Source: an uncultured delta proteobacterium (GTDB taxonomy: Bacteria > Desulfobacterota > Binatia > UBA9968). Taken from it: DNA of 64,000 bases. A program made the translations under genes and the position numbers. The stretch spans positions 1 through 64,000 of the forward strand of contig CAVSHR010000007.1 of NCBI GenBank assembly GCA_963727625.1, in the 5' to 3' direction. Below, piece by piece: positions 19,074 to 30,286 of the stretch; position 1 is the stretch's first letter; every line of letters starts with the position of its first letter. The notes under the pieces were generated by a model, which saw only the letters and a program-made list of their open reading frames with translations, ran no database searches and had not been told where the DNA came from.

Positions 19074-20474
19074 ATGAACAGTACTCAATCCGACGCGCTG
19101 GTGCTCTTCGGTGTGACCGGAGATCTCGCCCACAAGATGATCTTCCCGGCGCTCTACGCGATGGCGAAGCGAGGCGTCCTCAACGTTCCGGTGGTCGGCG
19201 TCGCCGCTCCGAAATGGAATCTCGCGCAACTGCGCAAACGCGTGCAGGACAGCATCGAGCGATCGGGCGGGATCGATAACCGGCGCGCCTTCGACCATCT
19301 TCTGTCGCTGCTCCGGTACGTGCATGGCGATTACAAAGCCCTGAGTACGTTCAAGGCGCTCAAGAAGGCGCTGAACGATGCGCGGCGACCGGCGCACTAC
19401 CTCGCCATCCCACCCGCGCTTTTTGCAACCGTAATCAAAGGGCTCGGCAGCACGGGCTTGGCCGAACGTGCGCGCGTGATCGTCGAGAAGCCGTTCGGTC
19501 GCGACTTGGCCTCCGCGCGGGAACTCAATGGCATTGCAAAGTCGGTGTTCCCGGAAGATTCGATTTTCCGCATCGACCATTTCCTTGGCAAAGAAGCGAT
19601 CATGAATATTCTCTATTTCCGCTTTGCCAATTCATTCCTCGAGCCGATTTGGAATCGCAACTACGTGGCGAGTGTGCAGATCACTTTGTCCGAGGATTTC
19701 GGTGTCGAGGGACGCGGCGCGTTTTACGAATCTGCCGGCTGTCTGCGCGACGTGATCCAGAACCACCTTTTCCAAATCGTCGCGCTGCTGGCCATGGAGC
19801 CGCCGGCCTACAGCGGCTTTGGCGCCGTGCACAGCGAGAAGGCCAATGTCTTTCTCGCCATGCGTCCTATGAAGCCCAACGACATGGTGCGCGGCCAGTA
19901 TGCCGGCTACCGGAAGGAGTCGGACGTGGCGAAGAACAGTGACGTCGAGACTTTCTGCGCGCTGCGGCTTTTCATCGACTCGTGGCGTTGGGCGGGAGTG
20001 CCATGGTACCTGCGCTCGGGTAAATTTCTCGGCGCAACTGCTGCCGAAGTGCTGGTTCAGCTGAAGCCGCCGCCGCAGCGGCTCTTCGACGACTCAGCGC
20101 GGCACACCGGCCGGGACAACTACCTACGCTTCCGACTCTCACCCAGCTCCGCCGTCGCTCTCGCCGCTCGCGTCAAGAGCGCGGGAAAGGAGTTCGTCGG
20201 CGACCAGCGAGAGCTCTACCTGGTCGAAGAGGAACCGGGAGAAGAGACGCCGTATGAGCGACTCTTGGGCGATGCCATGGCTGGCGATGGCGCGCTCTTC
20301 ACCCGTGAGGACGCGGTTGAGGCCGCTTGGGCGGTGGTCGACCCCGTCCTCAAGAACCACCGCCGGGTCCGCTCCTACAAGCGCGGCAGCTGGGGGCCGA
20401 AAGAGGCTGACGCGCTCATTGCACCAGACGGATGCTGGTACAACCCGAGGCTGAAAGATGCCACTGCCGATTGA
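19074..20474 (+). CDS. zwf: Glucose-6-phosphate 1-dehydrogenase
   Basis: [29 protein letters not shown]. Confidence 0.96.
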   Translation: MNSTQSDALVLFGVTGDLAHKMIFPALYAMAKRGVLNVPVVGVAAPKWNLAQLRKRVQDSIERSGGIDNRRAFDHLLSLLRYVHGDYKALSTFKALKKALNDARRPAHYLAIPPALFATVIKGLGSTGLAERARVIVEKPFGRDLASARELNGIAKSVFPEDSIFRIDHFLGKEAIMNILYFRFANSFLEPIWNRNYVASVQITLSEDFGVEGRGAFYESAGCLRDVIQNHLFQIVALLAMEPPAYSGFGAVHSEKANVFLAMRPMKPNDMVRGQYAGYRKESDVAKNSDVETFCALRLFIDSWRWAGVPWYLRSGKFLGATAAEVLVQLKPPPQRLFDDSARHTGRDNYLRFRLSPSSAVALAARVKSAGKEFVGDQRELYLVEEEPGEETPYERLLGDAMAGDGALFTREDAVEAAWAVVDPVLKNHRRVRSYKRGSWGPKEADALIAPDGCWYNPRLKDATAD

Positions 20475-22281
20475 AGATTATGCTCTGATCGGCGACTGCC
20501 ATACCGCGGCATTGGTCGGCCGCGACGGCTCCATCGATTGGCTTTGCCTGCCCCGATTTGATTCCGGAGCGTGTTTCGCGGCGTTGCTGGGAGGACAAGG
20601 GCACGGGCGCTGGCTGATCGCGCCGGCCGCAGAGGTGCACAGCGTCCGGCGCAAATACCGCGACGGCACCTTGATTTTAGAAACAGAGTTCGAGACCAAC
20701 GAGGGCCTGGTGCGAATCATCGACTGCATGCCACTCTCAAACGAGCGTTGGGATGTGCTGCGTATCGTCGAGGGCTTGAGCGGGCGAGTCGCCATGCGCA
20801 TGGAACTCATCATCCGTTTCGACTACGGCTCCATCGTGCCCTGGGTGCAGCGATCGGGCGACACACTGCTGGCGACCGCCGGGCCGGACACGCTGGAACT
20901 GCACACCGAGGTCGCCGTCCATGGCGAAAACATGAAAACAGTAGCCGAATTTCACGTGAGCAAGGGAGAGCGCACCCACTTCGCGCTCAATTACCGTCCG
21001 TCGCACGAAGCTACCCAGCAAACCATCGATCCGGAGCAGACGCTGACGGCAACCGAAAACAACTGGCGCAAATGGTCCGAGCGCTGCACCTTCCAGGGAC
21101 GCTGGCGCGATGCCGTGGTGCGCTCGCTGATCACGCTGAAGGCGCTTACCTATGCGCCTACCGGAGGGCTGGTCGCGGCGCCCACGACTTCGTTGCCGGA
21201 GCAACCGGGCGGCGTGCGCAACTGGGATTACCGTTACTGCTGGTTGCGCGATGCCACGTTCACGCTGAACGCGCTGCTGCTCGCCGGCTACAACGAAGAG
21301 GCGGTCGCCTGGCGCGAGTGGCTGCTGCGCGCCGCGGCGGGCCGCCCCGATGATCTGCAGATTCTCTACAGCGTCACGGGTGTGCGGCGTCTCGATGAAA
21401 TCGAGATCGACTGGCTGCCAGGCTATGGCGGCGCGGTTCCGGTGCGCGTGGGCAACGCAGCGTCGAAACAGTTCCAGCTCGATGTCTACGGCGAAGTCAT
21501 GGACACGCTGCATCTGGCCCGATGCGCGGGCCTGGAACCGGAACCCCATGCGTGGCAAATCCAGCTGGTTTTGCTGAAGTTCTTGGAGTCGCACTGGCGG
21601 CAGCCGGATGAAGGTATCTGGGAAATTCGCGGGCCGCGCCGTCATTTCACCCACTCCAAGGTGATGGCCTGGGTGGCATTCGATCGGGCGGTCAAGGATA
21701 TGGAGGCCTTCGGACTTGAAGGCCCGGTCGATCGTTGGCGGCAGGAGCGCGCCGCGATTCACGCCGAGGTCTGCGCAGCGGGCTACGATGCGCGACGCAA
21801 CACGTTCGTGCAGTCCTACGGCTCGTCGCATCTCGACGCAAGCCTGCTCTTGATTCCGCAGGTCGGCTTCCTGCCGCCCGACGATCCGCGCGTGCTCGGC
21901 ACGGTAGCTGCAATCCAACGCAAACTCGTCGTCGATGGACTGGTGCTGCGCTATTCGACTGCAACCGATGCGGATGCACTGCCGCCGGGCGAAGGCGCGT
22001 TTCTGCCCTGTTCGTTCTGGCTTGCCGATTGCCTGGTGTTGAGCGGACGCCGCAAAGAAGGCGAAGCCCTGTTCGAGCGCCTGCTCGCGTTGAGCAACGA
22101 CCTTGGCTTGCTGGCGGAGGAATATGATCCGCGCGAGCGGCACATGCTCGGAAACTTTCCGCAGGCACTGACGCACATGGCGCTGATCCACACCGCCCGT
22201 CTGCTGTCCATTCCCGCGCAGCAGATCAAACACGCCAGCGAGAGAGGCGAGCGGCCTGCTGCCGCGACGCAAACATCATGA
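20458..22281 (+). CDS. Glycoside hydrolase family 15 (trehalase/glucoamylase)
   Basis: [45 protein letters not shown]. Confidence 0.93.
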   Translation: MPLPIEDYALIGDCHTAALVGRDGSIDWLCLPRFDSGACFAALLGGQGHGRWLIAPAAEVHSVRRKYRDGTLILETEFETNEGLVRIIDCMPLSNERWDVLRIVEGLSGRVAMRMELIIRFDYGSIVPWVQRSGDTLLATAGPDTLELHTEVAVHGENMKTVAEFHVSKGERTHFALNYRPSHEATQQTIDPEQTLTATENNWRKWSERCTFQGRWRDAVVRSLITLKALTYAPTGGLVAAPTTSLPEQPGGVRNWDYRYCWLRDATFTLNALLLAGYNEEAVAWREWLLRAAAGRPDDLQILYSVTGVRRLDEIEIDWLPGYGGAVPVRVGNAASKQFQLDVYGEVMDTLHLARCAGLEPEPHAWQIQLVLLKFLESHWRQPDEGIWEIRGPRRHFTHSKVMAWVAFDRAVKDMEAFGLEGPVDRWRQERAAIHAEVCAAGYDARRNTFVQSYGSSHLDASLLLIPQVGFLPPDDPRVLGTVAAIQRKLVVDGLVLRYSTATDADALPPGEGAFLPCSFWLADCLVLSGRRKEGEALFERLLALSNDLGLLAEEYDPRERHMLGNFPQALTHMALIHTARLLSIPAQQIKHASERGERPAAATQTS

Positions 22282-22288
22282 AGCCGCA

Positions 22289-23044
22289 ATGGAGAAGAAC
22301 GTGAAGATACTCGTCGTCGACGTCGGTGGCTCTCACGTCAAGTGCGTCGCTACCGATCACAAAAGTCCCGTCAAATTCAAATCCGGAGCGAAGCTGACCC
22401 CGGACCGCATGGTACGGAAGATTCTGAAAATCACCGAGGGGTGGCGCTTCGAGGTGGTTTCGATCGGTTATCCCGGCGTGGTCCGCCGCGGCAGAATCGT
22501 GCGTGAACCGCACAACCTAGGTTCGGCCTGGGTCGGCTTCGATTTTCAGGCGGCGTTCGGGCGCCCGGTAAAGATTATCAACGATGCGGCAATGCAGGCG
22601 CTCGGCGGCTACGAAGGCGGAAAGATGCTCTTTCTGGGACTGGGGACGGGACTGGGGTCGGCGCTTATCGTCGACGGCGTCATAGCGGCGATGGAACTGG
22701 GACATCTGCACTACTCCCATGGGCACACCTACGAAGACTATCTTGGCAAACAGGGGCGCAAGCGACTGGGGAAAAAGAAATGGCGCGGCAAAGTAGCGAA
22801 TGTCGTGGAGAGTTTCCGCAACGCGCTGTTGCCTGATTACATCATGCTGGGCGGAGGGAATGCTGCAGATCTGAAGCGGTTGCCGCCGCAGACCCGTCGT
22901 GGCGACAATGCCTATGCGTTTTTGGGCGGCTTTCGCTTGTGGGAACAGCAAAACCAGAGTGCCGCGAGGGCAATCAGAATCGGCTGGACCATTGCTGATG
23001 AGCGCAATTGGCACGACCCTGTCGCGGCTGAGGCCTCTGCATGA
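22289..23044 (+). CDS. ROK-family sugar kinase (polyphosphate glucokinase-like)
   Basis: VDVGGSHVK, IGYPG, NDAAMQA, GLGTGLG, ELGH. Confidence 0.88.
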   Translation: MEKNVKILVVDVGGSHVKCVATDHKSPVKFKSGAKLTPDRMVRKILKITEGWRFEVVSIGYPGVVRRGRIVREPHNLGSAWVGFDFQAAFGRPVKIINDAAMQALGGYEGGKMLFLGLGTGLGSALIVDGVIAAMELGHLHYSHGHTYEDYLGKQGRKRLGKKKWRGKVANVVESFRNALLPDYIMLGGGNAADLKRLPPQTRRGDNAYAFLGGFRLWEQQNQSAARAIRIGWTIADERNWHDPVAAEASA

Positions 23045-23736
23045 AAGCGCCCGATGACGTAGTGTTTTTGCTCGACTGCGACAACACGTTGCTCGACAAC
23101 GACCATATTATTGATGACCTCAGGAACCATCTTGAATGCGAGTTCGGCCCTGAAAACCGGGATCGGTACTGGGCGATCTTCGAAGAGTTGCGTGCTGAAC
23201 TTGGTTATGCCGATTATCTGGGCGCGTTGCAGCGCTACCGGCTCAAAGCCATCCACGACCCTAAACTGTTGATGATGTCTTCATTCCTGGTGGACTATCC
23301 ATTTGCCAATCGGCTCTACCCGGGTTCCCTCGACGTCCTCGAGCATCTTCACCCATGGGGCCCAACGGTCATCCTGTCCGACGGCGACGTGGTTTTTCAA
23401 CCGCGCAAAGTTCTGCGCTCGGGGCTCTGGGAAGCAGTCGAGGGCCGTGTGCTCATCTACATCCACAAGGAGCAGATGCTCGACGATGTCGAGCGGCGCT
23501 ACCCCGCCCGACATTATGTAATGGTAGACGACAAGCTGCGCATTTTGGCGGCGATGAAAAAGATTCAAAGAAACCGGCTTACGACCGTCTTTCCGCGGCA
23601 GGGACATTACGCGCTTGACCCTGACAATATCGCGGCATATCCGCCGGCTGACACAACGGTCGAGCGAATCGGCGATCTGCTCAACTACGATTTATCCGCC
23701 TTGCTCGGCGCCGCCAAAGCCGGCCGTGCGGAATAG
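23041..23736 (+). CDS. HAD-superfamily hydrolase
   Basis: DCDNTL motif I, LSDG, VDDK. Confidence 0.85.
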   Translation: MKAPDDVVFLLDCDNTLLDNDHIIDDLRNHLECEFGPENRDRYWAIFEELRAELGYADYLGALQRYRLKAIHDPKLLMMSSFLVDYPFANRLYPGSLDVLEHLHPWGPTVILSDGDVVFQPRKVLRSGLWEAVEGRVLIYIHKEQMLDDVERRYPARHYVMVDDKLRILAAMKKIQRNRLTTVFPRQGHYALDPDNIAAYPPADTTVERIGDLLNYDLSALLGAAKAGRAE

Positions 23737-23744
23737 GAGGAACG

Positions 23745-24845
23745 ATGAAGGCGACACAACAACTGCATGATCTCGGTCAGAGCCTTTGGCTCGACAACAT
23801 CACGCGGGAGCTTCTAACGAGCGGCACACTGCGCCGCTACATTGCCGAGTTATCGGTGACGGGGTTGACCTCCAACCCCTCGATCTTCAATCACGCCATC
23901 AAGAACGCCGACTTCTACGACGATGCCATCCGCCAGAAAGCGCTCGCCGGCAAGTCGGGTGAGGAGTTGTTCTTCGAACTTGCGTTGGAAGATTTGACCC
24001 AGGCCGCCGACCTCTTCCGTCCGGTTCACGACGCCACCGGCGGGGTTGACGGCTGGGTATCGCTAGAGGTCTCGCCGTTGCTCGCTAATGATACCTCCGC
24101 CAGCATAAAGGCAGCCACGCAACTTCATGCGCGCGCGCAACGCCCTAACCTTTTCATCAAGATCCCGGGCACCCGCGAAGGTCTTCCCGCGATTGAGGAG
24201 ACGATCTTCGCGGGCGTGCCGGTGAACGTCACGTTGCTGTTTTCGCGCGAGCAGTACATTGCCGCGGCCGAAGCGTATATGCGCGGCATCGAGCGGCGCA
24301 TCGCCGCCGGCCTCGCTCCGAAGGTCGCTTCCGTGGCATCGATTTTTATCAGCCGCTGGGATGTCGCTGTCAAAGATACGGTTCCGGACAAGCTTCGTAA
24401 CCGTCTCGGCATCGCCATCGCTAGGCGCACGTACAAGGCCTACTGCGAGCTGCTTGCCGCGCCACGCTGGAGGAAGCTTGCCGATTCCGGCGCGCGGCCG
24501 CAACGCTTGCTGTGGGCCAGCACCGGCACAAAAGACCCCGCAGCCTCGGACACCCTCTACATCGAAGCGCTGGCGGCTCCGGACACCATCAACACCATGC
24601 CCGAGAAGACGTTGCACGCCTTCGCCGAGCACGGTGAAGTGAAAGGCGCCTTGCCGACTGATGGCGGCGATGCCGAAGTAGTGATTGGCGCATTCGCACG
24701 AGCAGGGGTGGACGATGGGGCGCTCGCCGCGCAACTGCAGCGCGAAGGCACCCAGTCTTTCGATAAGTCTTGGAACGACCTGATGGACTGTATCGCGTCA
24801 AAGAGCAACGTGCTCAAAAAGGCCGCGCATGCAGGAGGGAAGTGA
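23745..24845 (+). CDS. tal: Transaldolase
   Basis: [36 protein letters not shown]. Confidence 0.95.
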   Translation: MKATQQLHDLGQSLWLDNITRELLTSGTLRRYIAELSVTGLTSNPSIFNHAIKNADFYDDAIRQKALAGKSGEELFFELALEDLTQAADLFRPVHDATGGVDGWVSLEVSPLLANDTSASIKAATQLHARAQRPNLFIKIPGTREGLPAIEETIFAGVPVNVTLLFSREQYIAAAEAYMRGIERRIAAGLAPKVASVASIFISRWDVAVKDTVPDKLRNRLGIAIARRTYKAYCELLAAPRWRKLADSGARPQRLLWASTGTKDPAASDTLYIEALAAPDTINTMPEKTLHAFAEHGEVKGALPTDGGDAEVVIGAFARAGVDDGALAAQLQREGTQSFDKSWNDLMDCIASKSNVLKKAAHAGGK

Positions 24846-24846
24846 C

Positions 24847-26502
24847 GTGATTACCGATTCGACAACGCAGACTCCATCGCTAAACCAGCGCCCGGCGTGG
24901 CAGGCGCTCGCGGAGCATTACCAATCGATACGCAGCCTGCATCTGAGACAGATCTTCGCTGACGATCCCGGGCGCGGTGAGCGCTTTGCGGTCGAAGCGG
25001 CGGGCATTTACCTCGATTATTCGAAGAACCGCATCACCGACGAGACCATCAGGCTGCTCGTGCAGCTTGCTGAGGAATGCGGCCTGCGCGAGCGCATAGC
25101 CGCAATGTTCTGCGGCGCGCAGATCAACGTCACGGAAAAGCGCGCTGTGCTTCACACTGCCCTGCGGGCGCCCGAGGGCGAGCGGGTTCTTGTCGATGGC
25201 GTAGACGTCGTGCCAGAAGTACACGCGGTGCTCGATCGGATGGCCGCGTTCTCAAACCAGGTCCGCAGTGGCGATTGGCGGGGCCACACTGGCAAGCGCA
25301 TCCGCAACGTCATCAACATCGGCATTGGCGGCTCCGACTTGGGTCCGGTGATGGCTTATGAGGCGCTGCGTTATTATAGCCAGCGCGACATGACCTTCGG
25401 CTTCATCTCCAACGTGGACGGCACCGACTTCGCGGAAGCGACGCGCGACCTCGCCGCTGAAGAGACGCTTTTCATCATCTGTTCAAAGACGTTCACGACG
25501 CTCGAGACGCTGACCAACGCCCGTACCGCGCGCGCATGGAGCTTGCGTCAACTTGGGGACGAGCAAGCCGTGGCAAAACATTTCGTCGCGGTCTCGACCA
25601 ACACTGAAGCGGTAGCGAAGTTTGGTATCGACACGGCGAACATGTTCGGGTTCTGGGACTGGGTCGGCGGGCGCTACTCGATGGATTCGGCGATTGGCCT
25701 ATCGACGATGGTCGCCGTCGGAGCGGAAAACTTTCGCGCCATGCTCTCCGGATTTCGCGCGATGGACGAGCACTTCCGCACCGCTCCGCTCGAGCAGAAC
25801 CTGCCGGTTCTTCTGGGCCTGCTCGCGGTCTGGTACAACAACTTTTTCGACACCCAGACGGTAGCGGTGTTACCCTACGATCAATACTTGAAGCGTTTTC
25901 CGGCGTATCTCCAGCAACTGACGATGGAGAGCAACGGCAAGCACGTCACGCTCGACGGCGCGTGCGTCGGCTATCAAACGGCGCCCATCTACTGGGGCGA
26001 GCCCGGCACCAATGGCCAGCACTCGTTCTACCAGCTCATTCACCAGGGGACCAAGCTGATTCCGTGCGACTTTATCGGCTTTTGCCAGACGTTGAATCCG
26101 CTTGGCAGACATCATGACCTGCTGATGGCGAACCTGTTTGCGCAAAGCGAGGCGCTGGCGTTTGGCAAGACCGAGGATGAAGTCAAAGCCGAGGGAACAC
26201 CCAAGGGGCTGGCGCCGCATCGCGTCTTCGAGGGCAATCGCCCGACCAACACCATTCTTGCCGAACGCTTGACGCCGGAGACGCTCGGACTTCTCGTTGC
26301 ACTTTATGAACACAGCGTCTTCACCCAAGGGACCATCTGGAATATCGATTCATTCGATCAATGGGGCGTCGAACTCGGCAAGGTGCTCGCCGAGCGGACG
26401 ATCCCTGAACTTGAAAGCGCGGGCGAGCCGCAGCTCAAGCATGACAGCTCGACCAACGCGCTCATCCGGCGCTACCGCCGGGTCAAGAGGGAGCAATCAT
26501 AA
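24847..26502 (+). CDS. pgi: Glucose-6-phosphate isomerase
   Basis: [39 protein letters not shown]. Confidence 0.96.
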   Translation: MITDSTTQTPSLNQRPAWQALAEHYQSIRSLHLRQIFADDPGRGERFAVEAAGIYLDYSKNRITDETIRLLVQLAEECGLRERIAAMFCGAQINVTEKRAVLHTALRAPEGERVLVDGVDVVPEVHAVLDRMAAFSNQVRSGDWRGHTGKRIRNVINIGIGGSDLGPVMAYEALRYYSQRDMTFGFISNVDGTDFAEATRDLAAEETLFIICSKTFTTLETLTNARTARAWSLRQLGDEQAVAKHFVAVSTNTEAVAKFGIDTANMFGFWDWVGGRYSMDSAIGLSTMVAVGAENFRAMLSGFRAMDEHFRTAPLEQNLPVLLGLLAVWYNNFFDTQTVAVLPYDQYLKRFPAYLQQLTMESNGKHVTLDGACVGYQTAPIYWGEPGTNGQHSFYQLIHQGTKLIPCDFIGFCQTLNPLGRHHDLLMANLFAQSEALAFGKTEDEVKAEGTPKGLAPHRVFEGNRPTNTILAERLTPETLGLLVALYEHSVFTQGTIWNIDSFDQWGVELGKVLAERTIPELESAGEPQLKHDSSTNALIRRYRRVKREQS

Positions 26503-26610
26503 ACGGGGACTTGGCGCTGCCGATGGGTAAACACTTTCGAGCGGGCGCGCCCCACTCACCGGTTGCGGCGTAATGCCGCCGCCGAGCACCCTTCTCTATG
26601 GAGGAAATCC

Positions 26611-28695
26611 ATGATGGACCAAACCCAACTCGACCAGCTCTGCATCAATACCCTTCGCACGCTTTCCATCGACGCCGTCCAAAAGGCGCAATCCGGTCAT
26701 CCCGGCACCCCGATGGATGCTGCCCCGACAGTCTACTGCCTATGGCAGCGCTTTCTGCGCTACGATCCCGAGGACCCCAACTGGCCGAATCGCGACCGCT
26801 TCGTCCTCTCGGTCGGCCACGCCTCCGCGCTGCTCTACAGTTTGCTTTATCTCTGCGGTGTCAAGGCGATGAATCCAACCTACGAGCAGGCCGGTCGGCT
26901 CGCTGTGACGCTCGATGACATCAAGAGCTTTCGCCAGGCCGGCAGCCGTTGTACGGGCCACCCGGAATACGGCTGGACCTCGGGCGTGGAGACGACCACG
27001 GGGCCGCTCGGGCAAGGGGTTGCGACGAGCGTCGGCATGGCTATCGCGGAGCGATGGCTAGCGGCCACTTACAATCGGCCCGGCTACGACCTGTTCAATC
27101 ACAACATCTATGCCCTGTGTGGCGACGGCGACTTGATGGAAGGGATCAGCAGCGAGGCGGCGTCTCTCGCGGGTCACCTCGAACTCGCCAATCTCTGCTG
27201 GATCTACGACGATAACCACGTCACCATCGAAGGCTCAACCAGCATCACCTTTACGGAGGATGTGGCGGCACGATTTCTCGGTTACGGCTGGAATGTCAGC
27301 CGCGTTAGCGATGCCAACGACCTGGAGATGCTGAGCCGCGCCTACCAGACCTTTCTCAACACCCATGATCGTCCAACTCTGATTATCGTGCAGAGCCACA
27401 TCGGCTACGGCGCTCCTCACAAACACGACACCCGACAGGCTCACGGCGAGCCGCTTGGTGCCGCAGAGGTGCGGCTAACCAAGGAGTTTTACGGCTCGGA
27501 CCCTGACGCCCAGTTCTATGTGCCCGACGGTGTCGCAGCGCATTTCAAGAAGCAGCTCGGTAGCCGTGGTGCAACCGTTCGCGCAGCCTGGGAGGAACTA
27601 TTTGCGGCCTATCGCAAGCAGTACCCAGACCTCGCCGATCAGATTGATCACATGCAGCGCCGTGACTTGCCCGAAGGCTGGGACAATGATCTACCGACCT
27701 ACCCTGGAGACGCGAAGGGTATGGCTACGCGCGACTCATCGGGGAAGGTGCTGAACGCCATCGCCGAAAAGGTGCCGTGGCTGCTGGGTGGCGCGGCGGA
27801 CCTGGCGCCGTCGACAAAAACTCACTTGAGCTTCGAGTTTGCCGGTGAGTTTCAGGCGCCGGGCCACGGCGGTGAGTACCGCGGACGCAACTTCCACTTC
27901 GGCATTCGCGAGCACGCGATGTGCGCCATCGCGAGCGGACTAAGCCTAGCGAAACTGCGTCCCTATGCTGCGAGTTTTTTCATTTTCACCGACTACTGCC
28001 GCGGCGCGCTCAGGCTCAGCGCGATGATGGAGCTGCCGGTTATCTACATCTGGACCCACGACTCGATCAGCATGGGTGAGGACGGGCCCACCCACCAGCC
28101 TATCGAACAACTCGCGTCTTTCCGGGCGATGCCCGGCATGATTGTGTTGCGCCCGGCGGACGCGAACGAGGTCGTCGAGGCCTGGCGGGTGATCATGCAA
28201 ATCAAGGATCGTCCTGTCAGCCTGGTTTTGACGCGGCAGCCATTGGCGACCTTGGACCGCACGAAGTACGCGCCGGCGAGCGGCGTGTCGCGCGGCGCTT
28301 ATGTGCTCGCCGACGCCCCGGACCACAGGCCCGCTGTGCTGCTACTGGCGACCGGCAGCGAAGTTTCGCTCTGCATTACGGCTCATGAACAACTGAAGTC
28401 GGAAGGGATCAAGGCGCGTGTGATCAGCATGCCGTCGTGGGAGCTGTTCGAGAGCCAGAGTCAAGAGTATCGCGACAGCGTCCTTCCGCCGGCGATAGCG
28501 GCGCGCGTCGCTGTCGAGGAGGCATCCACTTTCGGTTGGGAACGCTATACCGGCATCGATGGAACTATCATGGGCCTGCATACCTTCGGATTGTCTGCGC
28601 CCCTGAAGGTCGTCGCGCAACACTTCGGCTTCGAGCCGGCACATGTTGTCGCGGCAGCCAGGGAACAAATAGCGCGCCATGGCTCGACGAAATGA
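26611..28695 (+). CDS. tkt: Transketolase
   Basis: SGHPG, TTGPLGQG, GDGDLMEG, FGIREH, GEDGPTHQP. Confidence 0.96.
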   Translation: MMDQTQLDQLCINTLRTLSIDAVQKAQSGHPGTPMDAAPTVYCLWQRFLRYDPEDPNWPNRDRFVLSVGHASALLYSLLYLCGVKAMNPTYEQAGRLAVTLDDIKSFRQAGSRCTGHPEYGWTSGVETTTGPLGQGVATSVGMAIAERWLAATYNRPGYDLFNHNIYALCGDGDLMEGISSEAASLAGHLELANLCWIYDDNHVTIEGSTSITFTEDVAARFLGYGWNVSRVSDANDLEMLSRAYQTFLNTHDRPTLIIVQSHIGYGAPHKHDTRQAHGEPLGAAEVRLTKEFYGSDPDAQFYVPDGVAAHFKKQLGSRGATVRAAWEELFAAYRKQYPDLADQIDHMQRRDLPEGWDNDLPTYPGDAKGMATRDSSGKVLNAIAEKVPWLLGGAADLAPSTKTHLSFEFAGEFQAPGHGGEYRGRNFHFGIREHAMCAIASGLSLAKLRPYAASFFIFTDYCRGALRLSAMMELPVIYIWTHDSISMGEDGPTHQPIEQLASFRAMPGMIVLRPADANEVVEAWRVIMQIKDRPVSLVLTRQPLATLDRTKYAPASGVSRGAYVLADAPDHRPAVLLLATGSEVSLCITAHEQLKSEGIKARVISMPSWELFESQSQEYRDSVLPPAIAARVAVEEASTFGWERYTGIDGTIMGLHTFGLSAPLKVVAQHFGFEPAHVVAAAREQIARHGSTK

Positions 28696-28814
28696 AATCC
28701 GCGTACCCACTTTGGAGGGTCGGGTCGAAAAAGGCGGCGGAGGTATTACCGAATCATCGGCACGATACTGATTCAGAGGTTCTCTAACCGAAGAACTTGC
28801 GTTTGGCCCGCGTC

Positions 28815-28974
28815 CCTATCAAAGAAGAACCCTCACTGACTATCTGGGTCCGATGGGCTAAACCGCCTGCACACCTCGGCGAACCGCGCGATAATTCTTT
28901 TCAAGATCGTCCACTATTAGACAGCAGTCCCACGTGAATTAAAGTAAGGTTAGTTAATAACAAAGAGGTAAAAC
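28815..28974 (+). repeat. Partial regulatory cassette copy D (no intact sigma54 core)
   Basis: CTATCAAAG..CTGA.TA.CTGG resembles the insert in copy A; GTCCACTATTAGAC at 28909-28922; RBS region matches copies A-C. Confidence 0.75.
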
Positions 28975-29094
28975 ATGGCTGAGAATAACGCGGTGGTGGG
29001 GATCTACAACGCCCACACCGAGGCAGAAGCGAGCCGGCACGGGATGATTCAACGGGCGGGCCTCTCTGTGAGGTGGAATAAATGTTGTCACTGA
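28975..29094 (+). CDS. 39-aa chimeric leader ORF (first 20 codons of the general stress protein plus a novel tail)
   Basis: MAENNAVVGIYNAHTEAEAS-RHGMIQRAGLSVRWNKCCH; strong RBS; same junction as 38314-38427. Confidence 0.55.
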   Translation: MAENNAVVGIYNAHTEAEASRHGMIQRAGLSVRWNKCCH

Positions 29095-29144
29095 TCGATA
29101 TGCAATCAGGCACTCTAAAACAGTTCGTAAGAGGAGGAAGCTCA

Positions 29145-29489
29145 ATGAAAAAGAAAGTTTTGGGGATGTTAACGGTATTGTTTTTTGTGATTCTAACAAC
29201 TGCTGCGTTTGCTCAGTCTTCGGCGCCCAGCGATGAGGGAATTCGGGCAGGTCCGGGGATGATGTACAGTCAAAGCCAAGGTCAAGGTCGGGGCCAAGAC
29301 GCCTACGGGCCCGGCATGATGGGCGGCCAAGGCCAAGGGCAAGGCACTTACGGGCCCGGCATGATGTACGGTTATGGCGCCGGCTGGATGGGTGGATACG
29401 GCGGGATATGGGTGGCGATCCTGCTTGTCATCCTGGTCGCCGGACTCGTGGCATGGTTCGTCAAGCAAAAGGGGAAAGTGAACGGATAG
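29145..29489 (+). CDS. Gly/Met/Gln-rich membrane protein, paralog of the 10943 N-terminus
   Basis: MKKKVL..LTVLFFVILTT.AFAQSSAP.DEG shared with 10943; GPGMM repeats; C-terminal TM. Confidence 0.7.
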   Translation: MKKKVLGMLTVLFFVILTTAAFAQSSAPSDEGIRAGPGMMYSQSQGQGRGQDAYGPGMMGGQGQGQGTYGPGMMYGYGAGWMGGYGGIWVAILLVILVAGLVAWFVKQKGKVNG

Positions 29490-29550
29490 ATGCTTCAGTC
29501 ACGCGGCCTGAGTATTGGGGGTTCGGTTGTGCGGGTGTACCTCGGACCAA

Positions 29551-29691
29551 CGCGATGACGCGGCGCTCAGCAAGAGCTACCGGAAGATGGCAGACCTGCG
29601 GCAGCAGATGTTTGACCTGTCGCTCAGCGCCCAGAAGCGGATCGATGCGGTGCTCACCAAGGAGCAGCGCGATAAATTGAAACGCGGTTGA
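29551..29691 (+). pseudogene. 3' relic of a Spy/CpxP (LTXXQ) protein
   Basis: RDDAALSKSYRKMADLRQQMFD..AQKRIDAVLTKEQRDKL; in-frame stop upstream. Confidence 0.65.
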
Positions 29692-29826
29692 TATCGGATG
29701 TGGGTGTATTGACGAGTGCGGCTGGGCAAGCGCCGCGACGAAACTGTATCGCGTTTGTTCCGCTGGCAACTAAAATGAAATCATGGCGTCCAACCTGTAG
29801 TTCCGCCACTTATAAGGAGTCGATTC

Positions 29827-30216
29827 ATGTACGGATTCAGTACTCAGCTAAAGATACCGTTCGATGCCGCCGTCGCGAAAGTCACCGAGGCCCTGAAAAA
29901 GGAAGGATTCGGCGTGCTCACCGATATCGATGTCAAGGCGACGCTGAAAGCCAAGCTTAATATCGAACGCCGGCCGTATCGCATACTCGGCGCATGCAAC
30001 CCCCCGCTCGCACACCGCGCGATCGAGGCTGACCCGGACATCGGGTTGCTGCTGCCGTGCAACGTGGTCGTGCGCGAAGAAGCCGATGGAACCATAACGG
30101 TTGCGTTCATGGACTCCGAGGCCGTGTTGCAGTTGGTTGACAAACCGGAAGTGCACGCCCTTGGCAAGGAAGTACGGGCACTTCTGCAGCGGGTTTGCGC
30201 GAGCCTCACGGCGTGA
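29827..30216 (+). CDS. DUF302 domain protein
   Basis: [33 protein letters not shown]. Confidence 0.9.
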   Translation: MYGFSTQLKIPFDAAVAKVTEALKKEGFGVLTDIDVKATLKAKLNIERRPYRILGACNPPLAHRAIEADPDIGLLLPCNVVVREEADGTITVAFMDSEAVLQLVDKPEVHALGKEVRALLQRVCASLTA

Positions 30217-30286
30217 CGCCGGGACCAGACGCGGGCGCACGGCATTAAGGGACGTTAGACACCGTGACAAAAAGGAGAGACAGCGC

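Noticed and set aside
15051-19163. attL/attR target duplication of an integrated element
   Set aside because: No integrase is present, and a gnd relic inside the interval favours duplication with reciprocal loss
20737-22272. Long antisense ORFs (also 2652-3767 and 48856-50040)
   Set aside because: Shadow frames of well-supported high-GC genes, with no recognisable motifs
28758-28775. sigma54 core for cassette D (CGGCACGATACTGATT); likewise CGGCACG at 10833, 29035 and 38374
   Set aside because: Good -24 box but no GC at -12
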